NCBI GenBank assembly: GCA_050261575.1
Contig: JBLNDL010000043.1
Coordinates: forward strand, 12,115 to 76,114
Direction: 5' to 3'
Source: Sphingomonadaceae bacterium
Lineage (GTDB): Bacteria > Chloroflexota > UBA6077
DNA: 64,000 nucleotides
The notes under the pieces: generated by a model
What the model was told of the DNA's origin: nothing
The model's input: only the letters and a program-made list of their open reading frames with translations
Databases searched by the model: none
Translations under genes and position numbers: made by a program
Shown: piece after piece, positions 48,180 through 56,021 of the stretch
Layout: each line of letters opens with the position of its first letter
How positions within the stretch are numbered: position 1 is the first letter of the stretch

Positions 48180-48437
48180 ATGAGGGCGCTCCACATACTG
48201 CGGTCTATGGAGGACGAGCGCGCGTTGGCGACTGCGCTCTCGCACGCCGCCGATCACCCCACCAGCCTGCTGCTGCTCCAGGATGCGGTGCTGGCCAGGG
48301 TGGACGGTTTCCCGGGCCCCGTCTACGCCTCTGCCGAGGACGTCGCAGCCAGGGGAAAGGGCGGCACCTTTCGGGAGGTCGACTACGAGGCCATCGTGAA
48401 CCTCATCTTCGAGCACGATCGAGTGATCACTTGGTGA
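48180..48437 (+). CDS. DsrH/TusB-like sulfur-relay protein
   Basis: An 85-aa protein with RBS GAGGTG-N5-ATG; a small DsrH-fold pattern (LHILRS...LLLLQDAV). Confidence 0.6.
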   Translation: MRALHILRSMEDERALATALSHAADHPTSLLLLQDAVLARVDGFPGPVYASAEDVAARGKGGTFREVDYEAIVNLIFEHDRVITW

Positions 48438-48476
48438 CGGAGGGGCGATACCCGGCCACGTCCCTCCAGACCATCG

Positions 48477-48501
48477 AGTCGGGGTTGTCCCAACCCCGAC
48501 T
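48477..48501 (+). terminator. 11-bp stem-loop 40 nt after dsrH (terminator or attenuator candidate)
   Basis: agtcggggttg-tcc-caaccccgact; no U-tract. Confidence 0.3.
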
Positions 48502-48550
48502 GGTCGCGCAGTCGACCGCCGCCGTTGGGGCGCAACGCGAGCGAGCACGC

Positions 48551-48584
48551 GAGGCAAGCGAGCACAGCCTCACGGTTGCGGCCG
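48551..48584. repeat. Short dispersed intergenic repeat, copy 2 (gaggcaagcgagcacagcctcacggttgcggccg), with a partial tandem duplication (gcgagcgagcac) immediately upstream
   Basis: See copy 1 at 39923-39956. Confidence 0.35.
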
Positions 48585-48635
48585 ACTCCGCGATGACACA
48601 AACAGACCAACCCAGCAGCAGATGGGAGGTGGCAT

Positions 48636-49922
48636 TTGGCGACGACGACGTTGGCGGATTTCAGCTTACAAACCCCTGCTTTCACTGACCGTTTGCGGTC
48701 GGTGCGAGACAGGGTCTTCGTGGAGTACTGGCCCTACTGGGCAGCGGCAATGGTTCTCGCGGTGCTGAACATCTTCGAGTTCGGTTTCGGTGGCCGTGCC
48801 TGGGGGGTCACCACCGAGTTCACCCGGTGGGGTGGGCACCTGATGCAACTGCTGGGGGTGGACGTCGGCAACTGGCTCTACTTCAAGCAGATCGGACTAG
48901 AGGGTATGCCGTGGGACCGTGGATCCGGATGGATCAACATCGGCATGCTCCTCGGCGCGCTGATCGGGGCGCTTCTCAGCACCAACTTCAAGATCCGGAT
49001 GCCGAGGCGGCGGATCCGCCTGGTGCAGGGGTTCGTGGGGGGTGCCATCGCCGGATTCGGCGCCAGGCTCGCCATGGGATGCAACCTCGGCTCCTTCTTC
49101 AGCGCCATCCCGCAGTTCTCTTTCCACGGCTGGCTCTTCATGGCTGGTCTGTTCCTGGGCACCTACCTGGGGACCAAGATCGTCCTCCTGCCGGTCTTCC
49201 TGGGCAAGCCCGAGCGACATCGAGGTAGAGCGGGCGAGCCGACGCCCGACCCCACCGGGAGGAGCATCCAGCCGATCCTGGGCCTCGTTCTGCTGGGGCT
49301 GGTGGGATCGGGAGTCGCCTACTACGTGCTGTTCGGCAAATGGACGCTCGGGGTTTGGCTGCTGTTCGGGGTCGGGTTCGGCTTCGCCATCGAGCGGGGG
49401 CGGTTCTGCTTCACCTCGGCCTTCCGCGAGCTGTGGATCACCCGCCAGGCGGACCTGTCCAGGGCCCTCGCCCTGGGCATGATGGTCGCCACCATCGGCA
49501 TGGCTATCCTGATCTACGCAGGCAAGGTGCCCGAGGCGCAGTGGGCGAGCCCTGGCGCACTGCTGGGCGGGATAATCTTCGGTACAGGCATCGTCGTGGC
49601 CGGCGGGTGCGAGACCGGGTGGATGTACCGCTCCGCCGAGGGGTACGTGCAGCTCTGGATGGCTGGCCTCGGCACCATCGTGGGGGCCACGCTGCTGGCT
49701 TGGGCGTGGGGATCCGCAGGGCTGTACCACTACCTGGTCGAGGGCTGGCCCAAGATCGCCCTCTTCAAGTGGATCGGCTGGCCGGCCGCGATCCTGGCGA
49801 CCCTGGCCCTGTTGGCGGGCTGGTATCTCTTCGTGACCTGGTGGGAGTCGCGTGGATCCCTCTCCGTTCCCCGGGCTGCTGCCAGGGGCATCGCATCAGA
49901 CAAGGAGAAGGCAACGGCATGA
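48636..49922 (+). CDS. YeeE/YedE family thiosulfate (sulfur-compound) transporter
   Basis: Two homologous halves, each with a conserved Cys in a GxC motif (LAMGCNLGS / VAGGCETG). TTG start after GGGAGGTGG; the start is uncertain. Confidence 0.8.
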   Translation: MATTTLADFSLQTPAFTDRLRSVRDRVFVEYWPYWAAAMVLAVLNIFEFGFGGRAWGVTTEFTRWGGHLMQLLGVDVGNWLYFKQIGLEGMPWDRGSGWINIGMLLGALIGALLSTNFKIRMPRRRIRLVQGFVGGAIAGFGARLAMGCNLGSFFSAIPQFSFHGWLFMAGLFLGTYLGTKIVLLPVFLGKPERHRGRAGEPTPDPTGRSIQPILGLVLLGLVGSGVAYYVLFGKWTLGVWLLFGVGFGFAIERGRFCFTSAFRELWITRQADLSRALALGMMVATIGMAILIYAGKVPEAQWASPGALLGGIIFGTGIVVAGGCETGWMYRSAEGYVQLWMAGLGTIVGATLLAWAWGSAGLYHYLVEGWPKIALFKWIGWPAAILATLALLAGWYLFVTWWESRGSLSVPRAAARGIASDKEKATA

Positions 49923-50167
49923 GCGAGACCGAGAGGATCGTCGTCGATAGGGTCCTAGACCTGCGGGGGGAAACCTGCCCCTACCCGCCCATCTACACTG
50001 TACAGGAGTTGGCCGACATGAATCCTGGGGAGGTGCTGGAGGTAATAGTGGACCACCCGCCGTCGGTCACCAACGTCCCCAAGGAGGTGGCCCGGCATGG
50101 CCACGCGGTGCTTGGGGAGCCCGTACGGCAGGGCGCGGTGTACCGGATGCGCTTCCAGGTGCGGTAG
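49919..50167 (+). CDS. TusA-like protein (YeeD-type partner of YeeE)
   Basis: ATG overlaps the yeeE stop (ATGA); LDLRGETCPYPPIYTVQELADMNPGEVLEVIVDHP. The ORF track lists 49920, but counting in the printed sequence places the ATG at 49919-49921. Confidence 0.75.
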   Translation: MSETERIVVDRVLDLRGETCPYPPIYTVQELADMNPGEVLEVIVDHPPSVTNVPKEVARHGHAVLGEPVRQGAVYRMRFQVR

Positions 50168-50232
50168 GACCGTGGTTCGCCGCGGGGTGTGGCATTATTA
50201 GCAGGGAGCCGACGGCGGGGTCGTCGGCTCCC

Positions 50233-50964
50233 ATGACGCCCCCAGGTAAGGGTGAACGGATGGGTATGATGAACGCAAAGATCCTGGTGATCGACGACGA
50301 CGCCAACGTCACCAGCCTCCTGAAGAGGGGCCTCTCCTACGAGGGCTACAGGGTGCTCACCGCCGCCTCCGGGAAGGAGGGGTTGGACCTGGCTCGAGAG
50401 CAGCCTCCCGACCTGGTGGTGCTGGACGTGATGATGCCCGGCATAGACGGCCTGGAGGTGTGCCGCCGGCTGCGCGCGGCGGACGCGGCTCGTCCCATCA
50501 TCCTGCTGACGGCGAGGGATGGCACAGCCGACCAGGTGCAGGGGCTGGAGACGGGGGCCGACGACTACGTGGTCAAGCCCTTCACCTTCGAGGTGCTGCT
50601 GGCCCGCATCAAGGCGTGCCTTCGTCGATCCGAGGCGAGCGGGGCAGAGCAGCTTCGTTTCGCCGACCTGGTGCTGGACACCGGAACCCACACCGCCCGG
50701 CGGGGCCGCAGAGAGATCGACCTGACCACCACCGAATACGAGCTGCTGCTCCAGTTCATGCGGCACCCGCGCCAGTTGCTCGCGAAGGACCAGTTGATGG
50801 ACAGGGTGTGGGGTTACAGCTTCGAGGGGAACTACAACATCCTCGAGGTGTACGTCCGCTACCTCCGCAGCAAGCTGGAGGCCGAGGGGGAGCCTCGGCT
50901 GATCCACACGGTGCGGGGGGCAGGGTACCTCCTGAGAGAGCCGCGGGAGGGCGAGGAGGAGTAG
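50233..50964 (+). CDS. OmpR-family response regulator
   Basis: REC (KILVIDDD...LVVLDVMMPGIDG) plus a winged-helix trans_reg_C domain (LTTTEYELLLQFMRHP...RYLRSKLE). The start is probably ATG 50260-50269. Confidence 0.85.
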   Translation: MTPPGKGERMGMMNAKILVIDDDANVTSLLKRGLSYEGYRVLTAASGKEGLDLAREQPPDLVVLDVMMPGIDGLEVCRRLRAADAARPIILLTARDGTADQVQGLETGADDYVVKPFTFEVLLARIKACLRRSEASGAEQLRFADLVLDTGTHTARRGRREIDLTTTEYELLLQFMRHPRQLLAKDQLMDRVWGYSFEGNYNILEVYVRYLRSKLEAEGEPRLIHTVRGAGYLLREPREGEEE

Positions 50965-50967
50965 AGA

Positions 50968-52449
50968 GTGTACTCGTCCCTCCGGCTGAGGCTTGCGGTG
51001 TGGTACGCGACACTGCTGGCCCTCATCCTGGCGACCACCGCCTTCCTCTCCTACAGCTTCCACAGCAGCTACCATTACCAGGAGGTCGATCGCTCTCTGG
51101 TCGGCACAGCGGTTCACGTCCGCGGCGAGCTGCCGGTAGGGGATGGCCGGTATCGACTCCAAGATGGGATCGATCTCTCGCGAGTGGACGAGTTCGCCTC
51201 CCCAGACGTCTACGTGCGCCTCTACGACGCTGACGGCGGGTTGATCGCGGCCTCCCCCAACTCTGGGCATCAACCACAGGCGGATCCCCGACTGGTATCC
51301 GAAGCGCCTCCAGATCGCGCGGGCGGTGGCCCACTTGGGTCGCTGCTTCATCTCTTGATCAACCTTGGACAGGCGGACCTGCCGGAGGATGGTGGATTCC
51401 TGACCGTGGTGCAGGAAGGGCGGGGCAGGACCAGGCTGTACGCGGTTCCCATCAGGGCCGGCGACCGGCTGCTGGGGTACCTGGAGGCAGGGTCGTCCAT
51501 GGATCGGCTCGACCGCTCCATAGAGAGGCTCGGCCTGCTACTCGCTTCAAGCTCCGCCCTGGGACTCCTGGCAGCGCTGCTGGGGGGGTGGGCCATCGCA
51601 GCCGGCGCGCTGCGCCCGGTGGCAACGATGGCCAGCACGGCTCGGGCCATCGCGCTCTCCAGGGGCTTCTCTCGCAGGCTGCCCCATCCCCGCAGAGACG
51701 ACGAGCTGGGCCAGTTGTCCGTAACCTTCAACGAGATGCTGGCGAGCCTCGACGAAGCCTATCGGGCGCAGCAGCGTTTCGTCGCCGACGCATCGCACGA
51801 GCTGCGGGCGCCCCTCACAGCGATCCAGGGCAACCTGGAGCTGCTGGAGCGGGCGCCTCAGATGAGCGAGGTGGAGAGGGCCGAGACCCTGTCCTCCCTT
51901 CGCCGGGAAGCCGGACGGATGGGCCGTCTGGTGGCCGACCTGCTGGTGCTGGCGCGCGCCGACGCCGGCCAGCCCTTGAGGCGGGAGCGGGTGGAGCTGG
52001 ATCGGCTGCTCCTGGCGGTGTTCCAGGAGACGCGGGTGCTGGCCGGAGGGCGGAAGCTGTCGATACGCGACCTGGATCAGTTGCTCGTGCTGGGGGATCC
52101 GGACCGGTTGAAGCAGTTGCTGCTGATCCTGGTGGATAACGCCATCAAGTACACGCCCGAGGGGGGCGAGATCCAGCTTGCCCTCCGAAGGGAGCCCGGC
52201 GCGGCAGTCGTCTCCGTGTCCGACACCGGGATCGGCATCTCAACCGAGGACCTCCCTCACATCTTCGAGCGCTTCTACCGAGCGGACAAGGCTCGGTCCA
52301 GGGATCTGGGCGGCACCGGTCTGGGGCTGTCCATCGCCAGGTGGATAGCCGAAAGCCACGGAGGCCACATCTCCGTGGAAAGCGAGGCCGGCCGGGGCAG
52401 CGTCTTCACCGTCCGGCTGCCCCGAGCGCACTCCTCTCAGGGGCTCTAA
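50968..52449 (+). CDS. Sensor histidine kinase (two TM helices, periplasmic domain, HAMP, HisKA, HATPase_c)
   Basis: GTG start 4 nt after the regulator stop; H-box ADASHELRAPLTAI, and N/G boxes. Confidence 0.85.
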   Translation: MYSSLRLRLAVWYATLLALILATTAFLSYSFHSSYHYQEVDRSLVGTAVHVRGELPVGDGRYRLQDGIDLSRVDEFASPDVYVRLYDADGGLIAASPNSGHQPQADPRLVSEAPPDRAGGGPLGSLLHLLINLGQADLPEDGGFLTVVQEGRGRTRLYAVPIRAGDRLLGYLEAGSSMDRLDRSIERLGLLLASSSALGLLAALLGGWAIAAGALRPVATMASTARAIALSRGFSRRLPHPRRDDELGQLSVTFNEMLASLDEAYRAQQRFVADASHELRAPLTAIQGNLELLERAPQMSEVERAETLSSLRREAGRMGRLVADLLVLARADAGQPLRRERVELDRLLLAVFQETRVLAGGRKLSIRDLDQLLVLGDPDRLKQLLLILVDNAIKYTPEGGEIQLALRREPGAAVVSVSDTGIGISTEDLPHIFERFYRADKARSRDLGGTGLGLSIARWIAESHGGHISVESEAGRGSVFTVRLPRAHSSQGL

Positions 52450-52560
52450 GCGCGTCGTTCCGATTCTATGACGTAGGGGCCGTGTGACGCGAGCACGTGC
52501 AGAGTCACCCCTGCCCTACTCGACGAACAAGCCCACTCAGACTCTCTCAGTCCCGGCTCA

Positions 52561-53358
52561 TCAGGAGGTGCACGTGGACGGCCTTTCACGGATCGTTCGC
52601 ACCATCACCGCTATGCCCGCCAGGTTCGAGGCGACGCCAACCAGCATCAGAGGCTGCCGGTACTCGGAGAGCAGGAGGGCCGCGCCGGAGAGCCCCACGA
52701 AGGGCAGCACATCGGCCACGTGGTGGGCACAGCAGGCCAGCATCGCCACGCTGGAGGTGCCCGTGCTGGCCCCGGCCACGGCGGCGGCGGAGCCGGTGCC
52801 CTTCTTCTTGTGAAGGGCCCTCCGCATGTAGAAGAACAGGTCCAACTGAACGCCGAACCCCAGGGCAATCGCGAGGACGAAGTACCAGTCCTGCGACAGC
52901 AGCTCCGCCGCGTGCTCGAACCCCTGGGCGAGGGTGACAAGACCCAGGTACAGGGCCACCAGGAGCGCGGATCCGGCCGCCCCGTACATGGCGGGGCGCC
53001 CGAGGAAGTCCCGCAGGCCCAGCCCTGTCGGCGACCGCTCCTGCTGCTCCGCTGCCGGCGCACCCGGCGCTGGCTCGGGCTCGCCCGGGTGGTAACCAGC
53101 GGCTGCCACGGCGTCCTGCAGTAATCCAGCAGTGACCCGGGCTGGATCGATGCGGAGTACCGCCATCCCCGGGACCAACTCCACCCGGGCGTCAACGACG
53201 CCCGGAACGCTCTCGAGGGCTGCGCGGGTACGGCGGACGCGCGCCTGGCAGGTCAAGCCACGGACAGGCATCACCAACTCGACCGGTTCGTCGGAGCCGT
53301 TCGTTGGAGCCGTCGACGAGCCCTCGCGCGTTTCGGCGGCCATCACGACACCTCCCAC
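52561..53358 (-). CDS. Membrane protein with N-terminal degenerate HMA (heavy-metal-associated) domain and MerT-like Cys-Cys transmembrane region
   Basis: VELVMPVRGLTCQARVRRTRAALESVPGV... has the HMA fold pattern with only one Cys of the CxxC pair; C-terminal TM helices include SVAMLACCAHHVADVLPFVGLSGAALLL (resembling the MerT CC...GLSGA motif). Confidence 0.5.
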   Translation of the reverse strand: MGGVVMAAETREGSSTAPTNGSDEPVELVMPVRGLTCQARVRRTRAALESVPGVVDARVELVPGMAVLRIDPARVTAGLLQDAVAAAGYHPGEPEPAPGAPAAEQQERSPTGLGLRDFLGRPAMYGAAGSALLVALYLGLVTLAQGFEHAAELLSQDWYFVLAIALGFGVQLDLFFYMRRALHKKKGTGSAAAVAGASTGTSSVAMLACCAHHVADVLPFVGLSGAALLLSEYRQPLMLVGVASNLAGIAVMVRTIRERPSTCTS

Positions 53359-53867
53359 CTGAACACTCGCTCTTTCACCCCGGCCACGTCACGGATGACC
53401 AGCTCCAGCACCCGCACGCCAGAGGCCAGGATCGCCTTCCCAGAGGTGTCCTTCGCCGGGAAGCTCAGCGTCCCCGATCGATGGTGCCCTCCAGATGGTG
53501 CATCCCACCGTTCGGGCTTCAGTTCCTGCCCTCGATCGTTTCGCAGCACCGCCAGCTTGCCGAGATCGTACCCGTCCAGGTTGACCGAATGGGTGTCCAT
53601 GGCCACGGAGAATGCGAGCGGACGGTCGGTGTCCCCGGGGTTCTGCCAGGTCACCTTGATGGTCACACTCCCACCCTCGCTGGTGCGAGTAGTGCCCCTG
53701 GCAGCGGCGGCTCCGCTACTGCTCTGGGCCTGAGGCCGTGAGAGCTCCGCCGCCACGACGCTGGCGGAGGGAGCCTTTGCCTCCGTGGAACTGCATCCGA
53801 GCAGGACAACCGCGGACACACCCAGCGCCAGTCCAATGCCGATTAGTCTCCAACGTCGTCGTTGCAA
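53343..53867 (-). CDS. Lipoprotein of unknown function
   Basis: TTG start with GGGGAGG-N7; signal peptide plus lipobox (LALGVSAVVLLGCSS); a beta-rich mature domain with a HHRSG motif. The ORF-track N-terminal extension is rejected. Confidence 0.55.
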   Translation of the reverse strand: MQRRRWRLIGIGLALGVSAVVLLGCSSTEAKAPSASVVAAELSRPQAQSSSGAAAARGTTRTSEGGSVTIKVTWQNPGDTDRPLAFSVAMDTHSVNLDGYDLGKLAVLRNDRGQELKPERWDAPSGGHHRSGTLSFPAKDTSGKAILASGVRVLELVIRDVAGVKERVFRWEVS

Positions 53868-54018
53868 CCTGATACCTCCCCGGGGCGGCCCGCCGGACTC
53901 GATACGGGCGGCGGGCTGCACGTTGGTCTCGTCCTCCGCATAAGATACTCCCCGGGGATGAACGGACCCTGAAAGGGGGCTTAACGGGGGCTGAGAGATG
54001 GCGTCAGGCGGAGCTTCC

Positions 54019-54603
54019 TTAGGGTGTGTCGGAGGCAATAGGGGGTGTATCGGTGGGCTTCCCGCGGCCCTCGTACCTGGCATCGCTGGGGGCAGACAGT
54101 CGCAGCCAGGCCAGGCGGGAGTACAGGCCGGCCATCAGCCCCAGCGGACAGAGGTACCGACACCAGGCTCGCCCCCGCCAGAGCAGAGAGGAGACGAGGG
54201 CTCCGGAGGCTAATGCGAGGAGGAGGAGCGCCGTGAAGGGGCCGCTGCTCTCCAGGGAGAGAAGGAGAAACAGGAAGCCCATGATGGCCAGGCCGAGAGC
54301 GGCAATCCAGGGGCCGACCGCCCTCAGCCGCGCAGGGGGCAGCGGCAACGCGGGTCGCCGGAGCCGCTGCGCCAAGTCGCCCAGGGCGGAGAAGGGGCAC
54401 ACCGCGCACCAGAGGCGGGCGGTCAGCAGGATGAAGAAGGGGAGGAGCGTCCACCAGAGTTGCCATACCAGCGCCGCTCCGAGATTCATCTCGCTGCGCT
54501 GGGGCGGACGCAGGGCAAGAACGACCACTGCCGTAGCGGCCGCCAGCAGCGTCGCCTGCGGGATGAGCGGGAACCACGGCCAGCGGAGCAGCCTGCTAAC
54601 CAC
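54019..54603 (-). CDS. NapH/MauN/NosR-like four-TM membrane protein with two CXnCP motifs and no ferredoxin domain
   Basis: WCAVCPFSALGDL and WCRYLCPLGLMAGL follow TM2 and TM4 (compare NapH/NosR CGWLCPxG). GTG start at 54603 overlaps the upstream stop by 8 nt (GTGGTTAG); the 38-codon N-terminal extension has 84% GC3 and encodes TM1. The ORF-track ATG at 54684 is rejected (GC3 59%, and it overlaps the upstream gene). Confidence 0.6.
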   Translation of the reverse strand: MVSRLLRWPWFPLIPQATLLAAATAVVVLALRPPQRSEMNLGAALVWQLWWTLLPFFILLTARLWCAVCPFSALGDLAQRLRRPALPLPPARLRAVGPWIAALGLAIMGFLFLLLSLESSGPFTALLLLALASGALVSSLLWRGRAWCRYLCPLGLMAGLYSRLAWLRLSAPSDARYEGRGKPTDTPPIASDTP

Positions 54604-55015
54604 CGAAGAACGCACGGTAGTAGAGCTTCTGCACGGGTTTGACCGGGGAGTCCGTCTCCACCGTGATCTCGAACAGGTGAGCACCTCCCATCCCCTCGTG
54701 CATGCTGGGCGCCAGCATCAGGTAGCTGTTCTCGCCAGGTTGCAGTGTCGTAGCACCTACGACCGGGGTGGGCGGTCAACAACCTTCCACGGTCTTCACG
54801 CCGGGGGTGGCGACGATCTTAACGGGCCTATCTCCCACGTTGCGCATCTCGAATCGGGCTGGCGCCAGCCTGCCCAGGGGGACCCGCCCCAGGTCGACGC
54901 TCTCGGGGGAGAAGACCAACTCCCCCTCCCTGCTGCCCCCCAGACCCCCGGACAGCCCCAGGAGGGCCACAGCCGCCATTCCGAGAGCCAGCGCCACAAG
55001 GGTGGCTCGTCTCAT
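54596..55015 (-). CDS. DUF1573-like secreted protein with in-frame TGA (candidate selenocysteine, motif G-C-U) followed by a hairpin
   Basis: ATG 55015 (RBS GAGAGGTG-N5), signal peptide MRRATLVALALGMAAVALLGLSGG, then a DUF1573-like core (LVFSPESVDLGRVPLGRLAPARFEMRNVGDRPVKIVATPGVKTVEGC). A TGA at 54776-54778 sits exactly where DUF1573 proteins carry the conserved CGC(T) cysteine motif. The same frame continues for 59 more codons at 78% GC3 (PPTPVVGATTLQPGENSYLMLAPSMHEGMGGAHLFEITVETDSPVKPVQKLYYRAFFGG*) and resembles the DUF1573 C-terminus. A 7-bp hairpin (gucguag-GUG-cuacgac, + coordinates 54747-54763) starts 12 nt after the UGA with G/U in the apical loop, consistent with a bacterial SECIS. 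If the TGA were a stop, the annotated product would be only the 54779-55015 part. Confidence 0.5.
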
Positions 55016-55516
55016 CCCTGCACCTCTCACAGTCCACCCATCCGGAATCACAAACCCATCGTCCTATAGACAAGATAATAGTTCTGCATGCCGGGGCTGG
55101 CAGGTTTCTCTCAGGAACTTCTAAGTTGGCGCAGATTAACCTGGATTAGTCAGGATCACGCAGGGACCGTGCCGTGGGTTCGCCATCTCTAATCGGGCTC
55201 TCAGCAGTGGCTCATGTAGCCTTAATACTCGGCTGCTATTGTCGCGGGGGATAGCGTCTGCTACGTTCCTGCAGAGGGCAACCGCCAAACCACGGCACTG
55301 GCGAATCGCCGAGGGACACAGAACGGAGATGGAGAAGCGAGGTTGGGCACAGAGAACGCAGAACTCCGAAGTGAGGAGCCGCTCCAACAACGAGCCGCCG
55401 AGGCTTCCCTGCCAGTAGGCCGCCTCCTCGATTCCCATGAGGCGGTGTCGACACCCCCTCCGCGGTACCGGAACGGTATTGGCGGCAGGCCCGCACGGCG
55501 CCGGGGGAGCAGGGTG

Positions 55517-56005
55517 ATGCGTGTGCTGCCGCTCGTCTTCGCCGCGGTGCTCGTGTGGGTCGTTGGGAGCGGGCTGTGGTACGCGGCGAACGGATCGAGC
55601 GGGCCTGTCCTTCAGTCCTTCGGCAGCTATCGGCTGACTCAGGCGACCACGGGCCAGGAGGCTGTGGCGCAGATGTCCAGGCTGCACGGCAAGGGAGTGG
55701 GCGTCACCGGCGGCTACGTGGGCCACTATGAGGGGCCTTCCGGGGGTGCCATGGCGTATGTCGGCGAGACCGCCGGTGAGGGGGACGCCAGGACGCTGCT
55801 CGCGCAAATGGAGCGGCTCATAGCGGCAGGAAACCCGTACTTCACCGACCTGAAGCCGCTCACCATCGATGGGGTCCGGGTGCTATCCGTGAGGAGTGGC
55901 CAGGAGGCTCACTACTTCTGGCAGGCGGGAAACAAGGTAGTTTGGATCGGGTTCGACCAGGAGGACCCCGCCGGGATATCTGCTGCGGTGCAGGCGTTCA
56001 GATAG
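55517..56005 (+). CDS. Hypothetical membrane-anchored protein (162 aa)
   Basis: ATG with GGGGGAG-N7; N-terminal signal-anchor (MRVLPLVFAAVLVWVVGSGLW); no family recognised. Confidence 0.5.
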   Translation: MRVLPLVFAAVLVWVVGSGLWYAANGSSGPVLQSFGSYRLTQATTGQEAVAQMSRLHGKGVGVTGGYVGHYEGPSGGAMAYVGETAGEGDARTLLAQMERLIAAGNPYFTDLKPLTIDGVRVLSVRSGQEAHYFWQAGNKVVWIGFDQEDPAGISAAVQAFR

Positions 56006-56021
56006 GTAAGGGGGTGCATCG

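Noticed and set aside
54490-54684. ORF-track start (ATG 54684) for the NapH-like gene
   Set aside because: Above 54603 this frame has only about 59% GC3 and overlaps the DUF1573 read-through frame (78% GC3). The GTG at 54603 gives a coupled start and a sensible TM1.
55150-55260. agtggc / gccactg-containing segment considered as a cobalamin riboswitch B12-box
   Set aside because: Only the short box matches; the flanking conserved stems and GGUG/AGGGAA elements are absent.
55136-55807. 223-aa minus-strand ORF spanning the AT-richer intergenic region
   Set aside because: Low-complexity junk translation. It overlaps the better-supported plus-strand gene at 55517-56005 and a non-coding region.
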